This document shows, in pieces, positions 9,263 through 19,525 of a stretch of 64,000 nucleotides of DNA; position 1 is the stretch's first letter; every line of letters starts with the position of its first letter. Origin of the DNA: an uncultured Gammaproteobacteria bacterium (lineage in GTDB: Bacteria; Patescibacteriota; Microgenomatia; Levybacterales; GWA1-39-11). The stretch covers positions 28,522-92,521 of the forward strand of contig CAZYWG010000002.1 of NCBI GenBank assembly GCA_964651815.1, in the 5' to 3' direction. Below the pieces are notes generated by a model. The model searched no databases and was not told where the DNA came from. It worked only from the letters and a program-made list of their open reading frames with translations. Made by a program: the position numbers and the translations under genes.

Positions 9263-10603
9263 CTAGTCGAGTTCCGCAGAAAAACGAACATCAATTCTCT
9301 CCATGTCGCGCGGAAAAAGACTTGCTTGTCTGACATTTAACAATTCAAGCATTTTCATAGTCATTCGCTCGAGCCCAAAAGAAAATCCACCATGAGGAGG
9401 CATTCCGTAACGGAATGCTTGAAGGTACATTTCAAAATCACTTTCATTCATCCCCCGCTCTTTAATAAGAGCCACCAATTTTTCATAATTATCTACCCGT
9501 TGACTCCCGGAAAGAATTTCTATTCCGCGGAATAACAGGTCGTAACTCAAAGAAAATTCGGGATCTTCGGCATCAGGATGAGTATAAAACGCGCGTTTTT
9601 TAGTTGGATAATGAGTAATAGTTACAAAATCAGATTCGTGGTTTTCAAGCGCCCATGCGCATATTTCTTTTTCGTCATCAGGTCCCAAATCTTTTTCTTG
9701 CCTTACATCGCGTTTAGTACGCTCATAAATTATTTGCTGCGCCTCACGCATTTTAAGTCTTGGGATTTTGGCGGGAATTTTTGGCTTTTCAATGTTAAAT
9801 TGTTTAAGAATGGACTCACATTCTTTACTTGCATGTTTTAGAGTTTCCGATCCAACAAATTCTAATGAATCCAAAAGCTCTTCAAAATTCATAAATCCCA
9901 ACTCGCAATCCATTTGTGTTGATTCTGAAAGGTGACGCGTTGTTACTGATGGCTCTGCGCGATACGCATGGGATATAAGGAAAACTCTCTCAAATGTTGG
10001 CACCATCATTTGTTTGTAAAGCTGGGGACTTTGAATTAGAAATGCTTTTTTGTCATAATAATCAACTCTGAAAACTTCAGCGCCCCCTTCTGTTGAGGAA
10101 TAAGAGATTGTTGGCGTAAAAATTTCCGTGCATTCAAGTTTCTTTGCAGCTAATCTAAATCCTTCAACTATTGCCTCCTGCATTTTGAAAATTGGGCGGA
10201 CAGACTGGTGTCTTAAAGTTAATGTTCTAAAATCAAGAAGTGTAGGAAGTTCTAAATCCAAGTTTTTTCCACCCATGTCAAATGGCATTGCCTCAGCTTT
10301 TGCAATCAATTCAACGTTTTCTAAGCGAACCTCAACCTTTCCGGTCTCAAGATCCGGATTTATATATTTTTCAGACCTGGCAACAACCTCTCCTGTAACT
10401 TTTACAACATCTTGAACTGAAAGGGTGGCAACCTCTGCAGCAAGCGCGTCAAAAGCTGCAATTTGTATAATTCCGGATCTGTCCCTTAGATCAAAGAAAG
10501 AAATTTTTCCGTGTGTTCTCACGCGCTCTACCCAACCGGAAAGATTCACTTTTTTTCCCACCAGATCATTACAAGATATAATTGTGCTTCGCGACATATG
10601 CAT
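9263..10603 (-). CDS. aspS: class IIb aminoacyl-tRNA synthetase, archaeal/short-type aspartyl- (or asparaginyl-) tRNA ligase
   Basis: N-terminal OB anticodon-binding domain (VNLSGWVERVRTHGKISFFDLRDRSG), class II motifs, and GGFSFGLERMTM motif 3. A 446-aa length fits AspRS/AsnRS, not the bacterial long form. Confidence 0.8.
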   Translation of the reverse strand: MHMSRSTIISCNDLVGKKVNLSGWVERVRTHGKISFFDLRDRSGIIQIAAFDALAAEVATLSVQDVVKVTGEVVARSEKYINPDLETGKVEVRLENVELIAKAEAMPFDMGGKNLDLELPTLLDFRTLTLRHQSVRPIFKMQEAIVEGFRLAAKKLECTEIFTPTISYSSTEGGAEVFRVDYYDKKAFLIQSPQLYKQMMVPTFERVFLISHAYRAEPSVTTRHLSESTQMDCELGFMNFEELLDSLEFVGSETLKHASKECESILKQFNIEKPKIPAKIPRLKMREAQQIIYERTKRDVRQEKDLGPDDEKEICAWALENHESDFVTITHYPTKKRAFYTHPDAEDPEFSLSYDLLFRGIEILSGSQRVDNYEKLVALIKERGMNESDFEMYLQAFRYGMPPHGGFSFGLERMTMKMLELLNVRQASLFPRDMERIDVRFSAELD

Positions 10604-10625
10604 ATTTTATAGCGAATTGAACTCA

Positions 10626-10654
10626 TTGACAAGCGGTAATGCTTTTGATAAATT
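10626..10654 (+). promoter_or_regulatory. putative sigma70-like promoter in the aspS/ORF10810 spacer
   Basis: TTGACA at 10626-10631, a 17-nt spacer, then TAAATT at 10649-10654. Confidence 0.35.
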
Positions 10655-10747
10655 ATTAATAGTGAAGTTATTTATTTTTCAAGTTACATGTGACTGAACT
10701 CTGATTTAATCAGAGGGAGGTTGCCTTTTGAAAAGAAGTAATATACT

Positions 10748-10775
10748 CCCTGCAATATTGCGGGGATTTTTTTTG
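10748..10775 (+). terminator. intrinsic terminator-like hairpin plus U-tract, 35 nt upstream of the ORF10810 ATG (candidate attenuator / sRNA 3' end)
   Basis: CCCTGCAAT-ATTGCGGGG stem (9 bp with one G-U pair) followed by TTTTTTTT. Confidence 0.45.
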
Positions 10776-10809
10776 ATCAGATCCGATTGTAAGTAGAATT
10801 TATATAATT

Positions 10810-11190
10810 ATGCGCCCTGAAAAAGTTAGAGCTGTAGAAAAATATATTGAGCAACATACTGATGTCATTGCTCTTCAAACTAATGCTATTTTGGCAATTA
10901 CCGATCAGCCTGATCTTATTAGAAGACGTGGAGCAAGACGGGACGGAGTGCAGTTTAGTTCAACACTATACAAACTCTCACTTTATATGAAAGGGATTTC
11001 CCCTGCGGATATTAAAAGGAACGTTGACAATGCAACCGCCTCTGCAAGTAGCAGAAAACCTGCAATGAATCTAATAAGAACCGCCTCAGCAATATGGCCT
11101 TTTGAATCTGGAGCTCGAACAATGGAAACAAGAGTACCGCATTTTTCCGGCGAGGTTGCTCTAGAACACCAAGTTGTTCGAAAGATTTAA
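10810..11190 (+). CDS. hypothetical protein
   Basis: 126-aa ORF with no recognised motif. Its 3' end overlaps the recJ stop convergently. Confidence 0.35.
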   Translation: MRPEKVRAVEKYIEQHTDVIALQTNAILAITDQPDLIRRRGARRDGVQFSSTLYKLSLYMKGISPADIKRNVDNATASASSRKPAMNLIRTASAIWPFESGARTMETRVPHFSGEVALEHQVVRKI

Positions 11191-12854
11191 GAATTTTTTA
11201 CGTCCCTCACTTTTAGTTGTATTTTTTCGTTTCCATTCCAATTGTCTTCGTCAATTATGTAAGCGATGTTGATATTGTCGCCTACTTTTACTTCCGGATA
11301 ATTTTCTGCACTAAATAAAATTGCATCTAGTACTTTTTTACCTTGAGACAACTTAAGCTTTAAATGTTTTCTATCACGTCCCACAAATGCTAGGTTCTCG
11401 ACTGTAGCTCCATTCGTTACAAAAACCGGCTCAAAATTTCCCATTCCAAACGGCGAAAGACCTTGAATTGCTTGATACAGATTAAAATTAATGTTCGCAA
11501 ACGAAAGTTCCATATCAACGGTTAGGGATCTTGTGAGGATTTCTTCTGGAATAAGCCTTACAGAAGCCTCTGCAAGCGCAATTTTGAGCTCTTCTATCCT
11601 ATTTGTCTCAACAGTAAAACCTGCTGCCATTGGATGTCCACCTACATCCACTAAAAGGGCTTCGTGTAGTCTTAGGAATTCAATAATATTAAATCCCGCA
11701 ATAGAACGCGCAGACCCTTTGGAATATTTCTCACCAATAGATACAGCAACGGCCGGCTTATAATGTTTTTCGACAAGACGCGATGCAACAAGCCCAATTA
11801 CCCCTTGGTTATAATTTTCACTACCTACAAAAATAAATTTTTGCTCTGCAGTTATTTTGTCTGTTAATTCATTGGCATGCAGGGTTGCTTCTTGAGTAAA
11901 AGCCTGGCGGTCGCGATTTGTAGCAGAAAGTTCATTTGCCAGTTTTGCGGCTCTTGCCGAATCTTTAGTACAAATAAGACGGAGCGAGTCTAGTGCGTGA
12001 GTTATTCTGCCTGAGGCATTTAGCCGTGGGGCAATTATATGTCCAATCTCATACGTACTTATTTTGTCCTTATGAATCTGTGCTTCCTTATATAATGCCA
12101 GTAAACCCGGTCTTTTTGTCTTCTTTAAAGCTTCAATGCCAAATTTAACGACTGCCCTATTTGGCCCAATAAGTGGCACGAGGTCAGCAACGGTAGCAAG
12201 CGCCACAAGCTCGAGATAATTCTGATTTATGAATTCTGAATTATGAATTAAGGCAATTTCTTTAGAAAGTAAATACGCTACTCCTGCTCCGCATAACTTT
12301 GTTGTGTGAACTATTGAATGTGCTTTCGGTTTTTTGTCAGAGGCAACATGGTGATCCGTAATAATAACATCTATCGCTTTTTCTTTTGCATATTCTACTG
12401 CCTTATTTGCAACAATTCCATTATCAACTGTAATTATAAGCTTTACGTCAGGGTGCTCGTTCAAAACACTCTCAATTCCATTGACAGACAAACCATATCC
12501 CTCATCAACTCTATGAGGTATATGTGGCATCACGTTTTTATGAATCTCGAACAATCCTTCCCAGAGAATTGCAGTACCGCAAATACCATCAACGTCATAG
12601 TCCCCAAAGATTATTATTTTTTCATTATTTTTTATAGCTTGCTCAACTCTTTTTAAAGTTTTATCTACTTCTTTCCTATCTATCCCAGCATTTTCAAAAT
12701 TTATGGATTCGAGTTTCGGGTTTAAAAATTCCTCTTTTTCTTTTTTAGTTTTAATCCCGCGGTTCTCAAGCAGAATATTTACGATTTCATCCACCCCGTA
12801 TTCTGTTTTCTTGCTGATGTCTTCAATAATTATTTTCCATTTCGCTCCTTTCAT
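11187..12854 (-). CDS. recJ: single-stranded-DNA-specific exonuclease RecJ
   Basis: DHH domain (IIIFGDYDVDGICGTAIL, ITDHH) followed by DHHA1 (GGHPMAAGF) and a C-terminal OB region. Confidence 0.88.
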   Translation of the reverse strand: MKGAKWKIIIEDISKKTEYGVDEIVNILLENRGIKTKKEKEEFLNPKLESINFENAGIDRKEVDKTLKRVEQAIKNNEKIIIFGDYDVDGICGTAILWEGLFEIHKNVMPHIPHRVDEGYGLSVNGIESVLNEHPDVKLIITVDNGIVANKAVEYAKEKAIDVIITDHHVASDKKPKAHSIVHTTKLCGAGVAYLLSKEIALIHNSEFINQNYLELVALATVADLVPLIGPNRAVVKFGIEALKKTKRPGLLALYKEAQIHKDKISTYEIGHIIAPRLNASGRITHALDSLRLICTKDSARAAKLANELSATNRDRQAFTQEATLHANELTDKITAEQKFIFVGSENYNQGVIGLVASRLVEKHYKPAVAVSIGEKYSKGSARSIAGFNIIEFLRLHEALLVDVGGHPMAAGFTVETNRIEELKIALAEASVRLIPEEILTRSLTVDMELSFANINFNLYQAIQGLSPFGMGNFEPVFVTNGATVENLAFVGRDRKHLKLKLSQGKKVLDAILFSAENYPEVKVGDNINIAYIIDEDNWNGNEKIQLKVRDVKNS

Positions 12855-12873
12855 CGTGATATAATTCTAACAT

Positions 12874-14259
12874 ATGGAGAAAGTCGTGCCTTCTAAGGTT
12901 TTATCAATTTATCAACAACTCCAGTCCGCCGGTTATCAAGCTTTCTTTGTTGGAGGATGCGTAAGAAATTATCTGATGGACATGCCAATTAAAGACTGGG
13001 ACATGACAACTAACGCAACACCTGAACAAATCCAAAAGGTTTTCCCGAATTCATTTTACGATAATCGCTTCGGAACAGTTGGAGTTATTTTTAAAGAAAA
13101 TGATGAAGAAAATCAGGATAAAAATTTTGTTGAAATAACAACGTTTAGAACAGAAAGTGGATATGGAAATTTACGTCACCCGGAAAAAGTGGAATGGGGG
13201 AAAACAATTGAAGAAGATTTGTCACGTCGCGATTTTACAATGAACGCAATCGCAGGAAATCTCGAACCAAAAAATACAGACCTCGAATCACCAACCAGCT
13301 TTATCGATCCTTACGACGGACAAAAAGACATTGAAAAAAAAATAATATGTACTGTTGGAGATCCTGATGAAAGATTTGGTGAAGATGCATTGAGACTTCT
13401 CAGGGCAATTCGTTTTGCAACCCAGCTAGGTTTTAATATTGATGAACCAACATGGAAATCTGTAGTCAAAAATGCTTCACTCATTACCAAAATTTCCGGG
13501 GAAAGAATAAGAGATGAACTTTTGAAAATTTTAGAAAGCCCAAATGCTTATGACGGAATCAAACTTCTTGACGCGGCAGGAATGCTAGATTTAATTTTTC
13601 CGGAGCTTGCCGCAGGGAAGGGAGTTTCACAAGTCCGTCCTGGCCGTCATCATACAAGTGACGTTTTTACACATAATATTGAATCGCTCAGACATACTCC
13701 GTCAACCGACCCGATAGTCAGGTTGGCAACTTTACTTCACGATGTTGGAAAACCATATGTTAAAAACGAAGATGCGGAAGGACATGTAATTTTTTACAAT
13801 CATGAAGTAAAAGGGGCTAGCGTTGCTTATGAAATTTGTGACCGCTTAAGACTTTCAAAAGCGCAAAGACAAAAAATAGTAAAGCTTATCCGGTGGCATA
13901 TGTTTACGGTGGACGAAAATATAACGGATTCGGCAGTCCGCCGATTTATTAGAAAAGTTGGGCTTGAAAATGTTGCGGATATGATGGATTTACGGATTGG
14001 TGACAGACTTGGAGGTGGTACGCAGGTTGCGGAAAGTTGGAGACTCAAACTTTTTAAAGACCGCGTTGCAACAGAACTTAATCCCCCATTTTCAATTAAT
14101 GACATGGCAATAGATGGCAACGACATTATGAAAGAGCTAAAAATTGAGCCGGGCCCAAAGATTGGTGAAATCCTTAAAAAGTTATTCGAGGAAGTAGATG
14201 AAAACCTAGAACTCAATACACGCGAACATTTACTTAAGCGGATAAAAGAATTACAATAA
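12874..14259 (+). CDS. cca: CCA-adding enzyme (tRNA nucleotidyltransferase with HD domain)
   Basis: PolyA-polymerase head domain (GYQAFFVGGCVRNYLM, DWD), HD motif LLHDVGKP, and a C-terminal tRNA-NT tail. Confidence 0.85.
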   Translation: MEKVVPSKVLSIYQQLQSAGYQAFFVGGCVRNYLMDMPIKDWDMTTNATPEQIQKVFPNSFYDNRFGTVGVIFKENDEENQDKNFVEITTFRTESGYGNLRHPEKVEWGKTIEEDLSRRDFTMNAIAGNLEPKNTDLESPTSFIDPYDGQKDIEKKIICTVGDPDERFGEDALRLLRAIRFATQLGFNIDEPTWKSVVKNASLITKISGERIRDELLKILESPNAYDGIKLLDAAGMLDLIFPELAAGKGVSQVRPGRHHTSDVFTHNIESLRHTPSTDPIVRLATLLHDVGKPYVKNEDAEGHVIFYNHEVKGASVAYEICDRLRLSKAQRQKIVKLIRWHMFTVDENITDSAVRRFIRKVGLENVADMMDLRIGDRLGGGTQVAESWRLKLFKDRVATELNPPFSINDMAIDGNDIMKELKIEPGPKIGEILKKLFEEVDENLELNTREHLLKRIKELQ

Positions 14260-14263
14260 GCTT

Positions 14264-14719
14264 ATGGCACTAAAACAAAAAATTCAGGACGATTTAAAAA
14301 CCGCAATGCTAGCGCAGGACGCAGAAAAACTTTCCACAGTCAGAATGCTCAAGTCTGCTATTCAGTATTATGAAATTCAAAAGGGAGGCGCTGGATATGA
14401 AGCAACTGATGAAGATGTAATAACTATTCTTGGGCGGGAAATTAAAGCAAGAAAAGATTCAATTGATCTATATAAAAAAGGTGGACGGAAAGAGCTTGCT
14501 GAAAAAGAACAAAAAGAAATTGAAATTCTTGAAAAATATTTACCTGAACAAATGTCGGAATCAGAAGTAAAACAATTGGTAAAAGAAGCCGTTGGACAAA
14601 CGGACGCAAAAGGCTTTCAAGATATGGGAAAAGTGATGGCGTACCTCATGCCAAAAGTTAAAGGAAAAGCCGACGGTACCCTTGTTTCAAATCTCGTCAA
14701 AGAAGAACTCTCAAAATAA
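14264..14719 (+). CDS. yqeY: GatB/YqeY domain protein
   Basis: LKQKIQDDLKTAMLAQDAEKLSTVRMLKSAIQYYEIQKG...EIEILEKYLP is a typical YqeY sequence. Confidence 0.85.
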   Translation: MALKQKIQDDLKTAMLAQDAEKLSTVRMLKSAIQYYEIQKGGAGYEATDEDVITILGREIKARKDSIDLYKKGGRKELAEKEQKEIEILEKYLPEQMSESEVKQLVKEAVGQTDAKGFQDMGKVMAYLMPKVKGKADGTLVSNLVKEELSK

Positions 14720-15619
14720 TTACTTACTTTTATTTTTCCTCTTTTTGTCAAATTCAAACCAGACAACCAGCAACTGAGAGGCATTGAAGATTGAAGAATA
14801 GGTTCCGGAAACTATTCCTGCAAGTAAAGCTACAACAAACCATCTGATTGATTCTCCACCAAAAAGTAATAATGCAAACAAAACGATTATAACTGTGAGC
14901 GATGTATTAAGTGAACGGTTTAATGTCTCGAGAAGTGAATTATTTACAACTTCTTCAAAAGGTAGGCTGTAATTTTTCTGTAAGTTTTCCCTGATTCTAT
15001 CAAATACTACAATTGTGTCATGGACTGAAAATCCCATAACAGTTAACAGTGCAGTGATAAATAGTGAATCGATTTCTATTCCAAATAACCATCCGAGGAT
15101 TGAGAAAATCCCAACTACAACCAAAATATCATGGAGCAATGCGGCAATTGCGCAAACCCCAAATTTCCAAGAAGCCACGGGTTTTGAAACTTTTCTGAAA
15201 GCAAATGCAATATATAAAGTTATGGCAATTGAAGCAATTAAAACGGCTTTCAAGGCATTTGATTCCGTCTCGGCACCAATTGTTGGACCAACCGTATCAA
15301 AGCTTTTTTCAACAACACTTGGGTATTCTCCTTTAAGGTTTGTGACTATTCTTGTTTTTGTTTTTTGATCAAGCGGGGCAGTTCTGACAGAGGCGTTTTG
15401 GCCGGTTAAAGTAATTGCTTCCACCTTTGCATGTTCGTTTGTAAATATTTTTTTTATAACTGCGTTATCAACTTGCTTTTTGTAGGAAAATTCAAGCCGA
15501 GAACCTCCGGTAAAATCAATTGACGGTTTTAATCCAAATAAAATAAGCGATATCAGACCCGGAATAATAACAATTCCCGAAAGCAAAAAATAAAGTTTTC
15601 TGTTTTTAACAATATTCAT
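14720..15619 (-). CDS. secF: protein translocase subunit SecF
   Basis: Six-TM SecF pattern with the conserved FDTVGP...ALLHDILV...VVFDRIREN block. Confidence 0.88.
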   Translation of the reverse strand: MNIVKNRKLYFLLSGIVIIPGLISLILFGLKPSIDFTGGSRLEFSYKKQVDNAVIKKIFTNEHAKVEAITLTGQNASVRTAPLDQKTKTRIVTNLKGEYPSVVEKSFDTVGPTIGAETESNALKAVLIASIAITLYIAFAFRKVSKPVASWKFGVCAIAALLHDILVVVGIFSILGWLFGIEIDSLFITALLTVMGFSVHDTIVVFDRIRENLQKNYSLPFEEVVNNSLLETLNRSLNTSLTVIIVLFALLLFGGESIRWFVVALLAGIVSGTYSSIFNASQLLVVWFEFDKKRKNKSK

Positions 15620-15624
15620 ATTTT

Positions 15625-17001
15625 TTATTTGTGAACAGAGTCTTTTTCAAATACTCTCAATAAGTTTCGTGTGACAACTATTGCTGAAAACATAGATACG
15701 GCAATTCCAATGAAAAGCGCTATTGCAAAGCCCCTAATTATACCGGATCCAAAGTAGAATAATATAAATGTTGTAATAAGGCTTGAAATATTTGAGTCCC
15801 TAATTGATGGCCAAGCTCTTGAAAATCCGAGCCTTGTTGCAACCTGCGCGGGTTTGCCAAGACGCAATTCTTCACGCATTCTTTCAAAAATTAAAATGTT
15901 GGCATCAACCGCCATTCCAATTGATAAAATAAAACCTGCAATTCCCGCCAAAGTTAGTGTTATCGGGACCACTTTGAAAATAAATATAACTATAATTGTA
16001 TAGATAACGAGAGCAACTGATGCAAGAATACCTTCTTTTTTATAAAGATATATCATAAATGCAGCGACCGATATAAACCCTACAATTCCACCAAGCAAAC
16101 TCTTTTTGAGGGATTCTATTCCTAAGGACGGACCAACAGTTGACTCACCAATTAGTTTTAGAGGCGCGGGTAAAGCTCCCGAATTAAGCTGTATTTGAAG
16201 GTTTTTTGCCTGGTCCTGAGTAAAATTACCAGAAATTACAGCGTTACCATTTAGAATTGGCTGCTGAACAACAGGTGCTGAGATTGCAACGTTATCCAAA
16301 ACTATCGCGACCTGTTTTCCCACGTTTCTTTGGGTAATATCTGCAAAATAGCGTGTACCTGTGGACGAGAAATTAAGCTGGACTTGTGGGGTACCGTTTC
16401 CCGTATTGCCGTATACAACTTGCGCGCTTTTCAAATCTTTTCCTGTGAGTTTTGATGCAATGGGGCGGTTTTTATAAATATTTGTAAGTCCTACCGGTAA
16501 TAGATAGGCGTCTGCTGTTGCTATCTTTTGATTCCCTTCTTCCCAGAATGAAAGCTGGGCAGTTCTTCCGATTAAATCAAGTGCTTGGTCAATTTGCGTT
16601 GCACCCGGAAGCTCGACAATTATCCTATAATCCGTTCCGAGTTTTAAAGACTGAATTGTTGGCTCGGTTACCCCAAAAAAATTGACACGTCTGTCAATTA
16701 CATTTCTTGCACCGGCAAATGCGTCATCCCGTTGTGAAGCGGGTATCCCCTTCATATCCACTTGATATGTAAGACTGGTACCACCTTGCAGATCAAGACC
16801 AAGTCTGTAAGAAAGGTCCCTCTGGAAATTAATTGGACCAACTTTAACGTTAAGCCGTGAAGTATCAAGGTTAAAACTAAAAGTTTTATTAATAACTGGA
16901 ACTTTAATTTTTCCAAAATTTAGTGGAAAAGGAATATCAACAAAAAAGAGTATCAAAGCAACAAAAAAAAGAACAAAGAGAAAATTTCTGGGGGTTTTCA
17001 T
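15625..17001 (-). CDS. secD: protein translocase subunit SecD
   Basis: Large periplasmic domain followed by the RND-like TM bundle (LGLDLQGG...IFERMREE). Lies directly upstream of secF. Confidence 0.88.
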   Translation of the reverse strand: MKTPRNFLFVLFFVALILFFVDIPFPLNFGKIKVPVINKTFSFNLDTSRLNVKVGPINFQRDLSYRLGLDLQGGTSLTYQVDMKGIPASQRDDAFAGARNVIDRRVNFFGVTEPTIQSLKLGTDYRIIVELPGATQIDQALDLIGRTAQLSFWEEGNQKIATADAYLLPVGLTNIYKNRPIASKLTGKDLKSAQVVYGNTGNGTPQVQLNFSSTGTRYFADITQRNVGKQVAIVLDNVAISAPVVQQPILNGNAVISGNFTQDQAKNLQIQLNSGALPAPLKLIGESTVGPSLGIESLKKSLLGGIVGFISVAAFMIYLYKKEGILASVALVIYTIIVIFIFKVVPITLTLAGIAGFILSIGMAVDANILIFERMREELRLGKPAQVATRLGFSRAWPSIRDSNISSLITTFILFYFGSGIIRGFAIALFIGIAVSMFSAIVVTRNLLRVFEKDSVHK

Positions 17002-17002
17002 A

Positions 17003-17638
17003 TTAAGAAATTAAGGCCTCTTCGTCTCCTATCAACATTACGCGGGAACCGTAAATTATTGAGGTTATAAATGGATCCCTACGCTTTTTCCTGAAAACAA
17101 ATTCTTCCTCAGTCATAACAGTATAATTTATTTCGTGTTTTCTTTTTGCTTCTTCCGCGCGGACTACAACAGAAAGCTCAGGGACGACAATTGTGCCAAC
17201 AAGAAGCAGATCTACTTCTTCAGGATTATCGCGAAGACCCCGTGCAAATTTTCCTGACAACATTGCAAATTTTATTTTACCGAGCTTTATGCGGTTTTTA
17301 ATAATGTCAGCACCTATTCCAATAGTTTTTGCGTAGACATTAAGTAAGTCAAAATAAAAAGGGTATGATTTGTCTAAATAGTAATAAACTCGATTGACAC
17401 GGGGTTCACGTTTTAATATTCCATTTTTCTCAAGATATATAAGCTCACGGCGGACAGCATTTATTTCTTCCTCTACTCGGCGCACCACCTCTCTGACATG
17501 AAACATTTCGGATGGAAACTCCAAAAATAGGGAAAGCACTTTGACCCGAGTTTTAGACGTAATTAAATCGGAAAACATAAAAAATTTACTCGTTTGATTT
17601 TCTGGATCAATTATAAACCAAGAGGCCCTATTTGACAA
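17003..17638 (-). CDS. winged-helix (HTH) domain protein fused to a minimal nucleotidyltransferase-like domain
   Basis: N-terminal wHTH-like region (VREVVRRVEEEINAVRRELIYLEKNGIL), and C-terminal GS-x9-D-x-D-like LSGKFARG...DLLLVG. Confidence 0.45.
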   Translation of the reverse strand: MSNRASWFIIDPENQTSKFFMFSDLITSKTRVKVLSLFLEFPSEMFHVREVVRRVEEEINAVRRELIYLEKNGILKREPRVNRVYYYLDKSYPFYFDLLNVYAKTIGIGADIIKNRIKLGKIKFAMLSGKFARGLRDNPEEVDLLLVGTIVVPELSVVVRAEEAKRKHEINYTVMTEEEFVFRKKRRDPFITSIIYGSRVMLIGDEEALIS

Positions 17639-18809
17639 TAACCGGAGCAGCTATCCCTAAAACATCAAACCATATGAGTCCGCGATCAAATTTTACCTGC
17701 TGTCCATTATTATCTTTAATCATCAATCTTGCTGTTCTGCTCTTTTTGCTCCATGTGCCCACTGTTTCTTGCCCATCCATAAATATCTCTGCCTTACCCG
17801 TACCTTTGGTGCCATAAAGCATGTGTTCATTATCTGTATAACCGTCATTCGCGTGGGATTCATTCATGAAAAGAATCACCACATTTTTTGCTGCTAGCTG
17901 CTTCCCCGTATCTTTATCTAGATGAGCATTGCCACCATTTGTTCTTTTATAAGTATTTGTAATTGGATCATAATTCCATTTCACAGAATAATCTGTGTAG
18001 CCTCCCGAAAAATTAAAGCTTATTACTTGAGATTTCGATCGAGAAGAGGCTTGCGCGTCATCTTTAAATATATATGGAACAAAATTTGCATCCCATGAAG
18101 CCCCATCCTTATCAACATTTGTTAGCTTTCTGCTTTTACCCACGTCCCAAAGCTTACTCGTTGTTGAATACATTGTGTGTTCTGTGGCAACTGTGTGACC
18201 AAGTCTTTCATAATCTCTCCAATAAGTTGGAAAACCTATAGAAAATTGATTTAAATCATTGTATCCGGTCCATCCATAGCCATCAATTTGTCCCAATGCG
18301 TCAGCGGGCCCCGAGGTATTCGCTCCACCTACGTGGGCATAAAGCGGGTTATCTGCGTATTCTGAAATGAAGTCCAAGAAATATGTTCGGGCAGAACGCA
18401 CCGGCCCAACAATCCCTGCGTCTTGGCAGTAGAATACAACTAGAAATCGAGTAATCCCACCTTCCGCAACTGCTTCATAAACAACATCTGCTGATGAAAT
18501 ACCTGACTGGGGACGCGCGTCAAGCGAATTTTCTATCATGACGCCAAGAGGACGATGCTGTTTCCACCATGATTCTTGTTGAGTTGAATATTTTACACCA
18601 TTCAGAGGACATGGTTGTGTTTTTGGAAGTTTGGGATCAAATCCAACTTGCTGGTTTGACCCTGATGAAGGTAACGCAACCGGCGTAACCGTTTGGTTTG
18701 TGCCAATCATTGAACCTCCGGAAAATTTAGTGAATGCAAAGTACGAAACAGCTGCCGCAACTATATATATTACAATTCCAATAATTAAATTTTTCTGTTT
18801 TTGGTCCAT
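17628..18809 (-). CDS. DUF3048 (YerB-like) lipoprotein/secreted protein
   Basis: Signal anchor, then RPLGVMIENSLDARPQSGISSADVVYEAVAEGGITRFLVVF, the hallmark DUF3048 block. Confidence 0.7.
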   Translation of the reverse strand: MDQKQKNLIIGIVIYIVAAAVSYFAFTKFSGGSMIGTNQTVTPVALPSSGSNQQVGFDPKLPKTQPCPLNGVKYSTQQESWWKQHRPLGVMIENSLDARPQSGISSADVVYEAVAEGGITRFLVVFYCQDAGIVGPVRSARTYFLDFISEYADNPLYAHVGGANTSGPADALGQIDGYGWTGYNDLNQFSIGFPTYWRDYERLGHTVATEHTMYSTTSKLWDVGKSRKLTNVDKDGASWDANFVPYIFKDDAQASSRSKSQVISFNFSGGYTDYSVKWNYDPITNTYKRTNGGNAHLDKDTGKQLAAKNVVILFMNESHANDGYTDNEHMLYGTKGTGKAEIFMDGQETVGTWSKKSRTARLMIKDNNGQQVKFDRGLIWFDVLGIAAPVIVK

Positions 18810-18812
18810 AGA

Positions 18813-19286
18813 TTAAACGGTTTGGGACAAATTTTTTGCACCTTTCAAAGCTTTTTTCTCGTCTTCTGAAAGATCATATTCTACCCCTTTCCCTGCAACA
18901 ACACCTTTTGCGTACCAACGCGTTCCAGTCCTTGTGTGAAGACTTGAAATTACTACTCCTGTGTCTTCAGCATCTACTAGAGCTAAAATAAAACTCTGAT
19001 CTCCCCCGGTCTCTTTAAAAGGGTTAAACCTAACAAGTCCTATTTTTTGGATATGCGAGGCGCTATCCTTTTTTAGTTTATCATATTCAAGTATCAGATG
19101 GTCAACTGCCTTTTTGTTATTTGCTTCACGAGACAAAACGTCCTCAAGCAGTGAGGTCAATGACTCTTTTTTTCCATTCTGTAAAAGCTTTGAATGATAG
19201 ACATACAACTTAAAAAAGAAGAAAGACAAAACTGATAGCCATAGAAAGTAAAGAGCGAAAATTACAAAATTGGGAGTCAAATTCAT
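18813..19286 (-). CDS. DUF4446-like membrane protein
   Basis: N-terminal TM helix and a conserved GLVRFNPFKETGGDQSFILALVDAEDTGVVISSLHTRTGTRWYAK block. Confidence 0.5.
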   Translation of the reverse strand: MNLTPNFVIFALYFLWLSVLSFFFFKLYVYHSKLLQNGKKESLTSLLEDVLSREANNKKAVDHLILEYDKLKKDSASHIQKIGLVRFNPFKETGGDQSFILALVDAEDTGVVISSLHTRTGTRWYAKGVVAGKGVEYDLSEDEKKALKGAKNLSQTV

Positions 19287-19525
19287 AGGATTCTACCATT
19301 TTAGCCTGTCTAAACGAGTACTGTCAACCCCGATTTAGCCGGGGCCAAGAAATTCTATTTATCCTATTAACTCAGTCTAAAGCGTTTTTCGTAAATTGTC
19401 TTAGCTTCGATTCCCTCTTGACAGGCACGTGATGAATGTGGTACTTTTTCACTCATCGGCTATTTACGCACGAATATAAATATCTTTAGCCTAACTTTTT
19501 ATTTTTTAAAAAGGCTAAAAACATT

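Noticed and set aside
15015-15368. 117-aa + strand ORF
   Set aside because: It is fully antisense to secF, whose identity is unambiguous.
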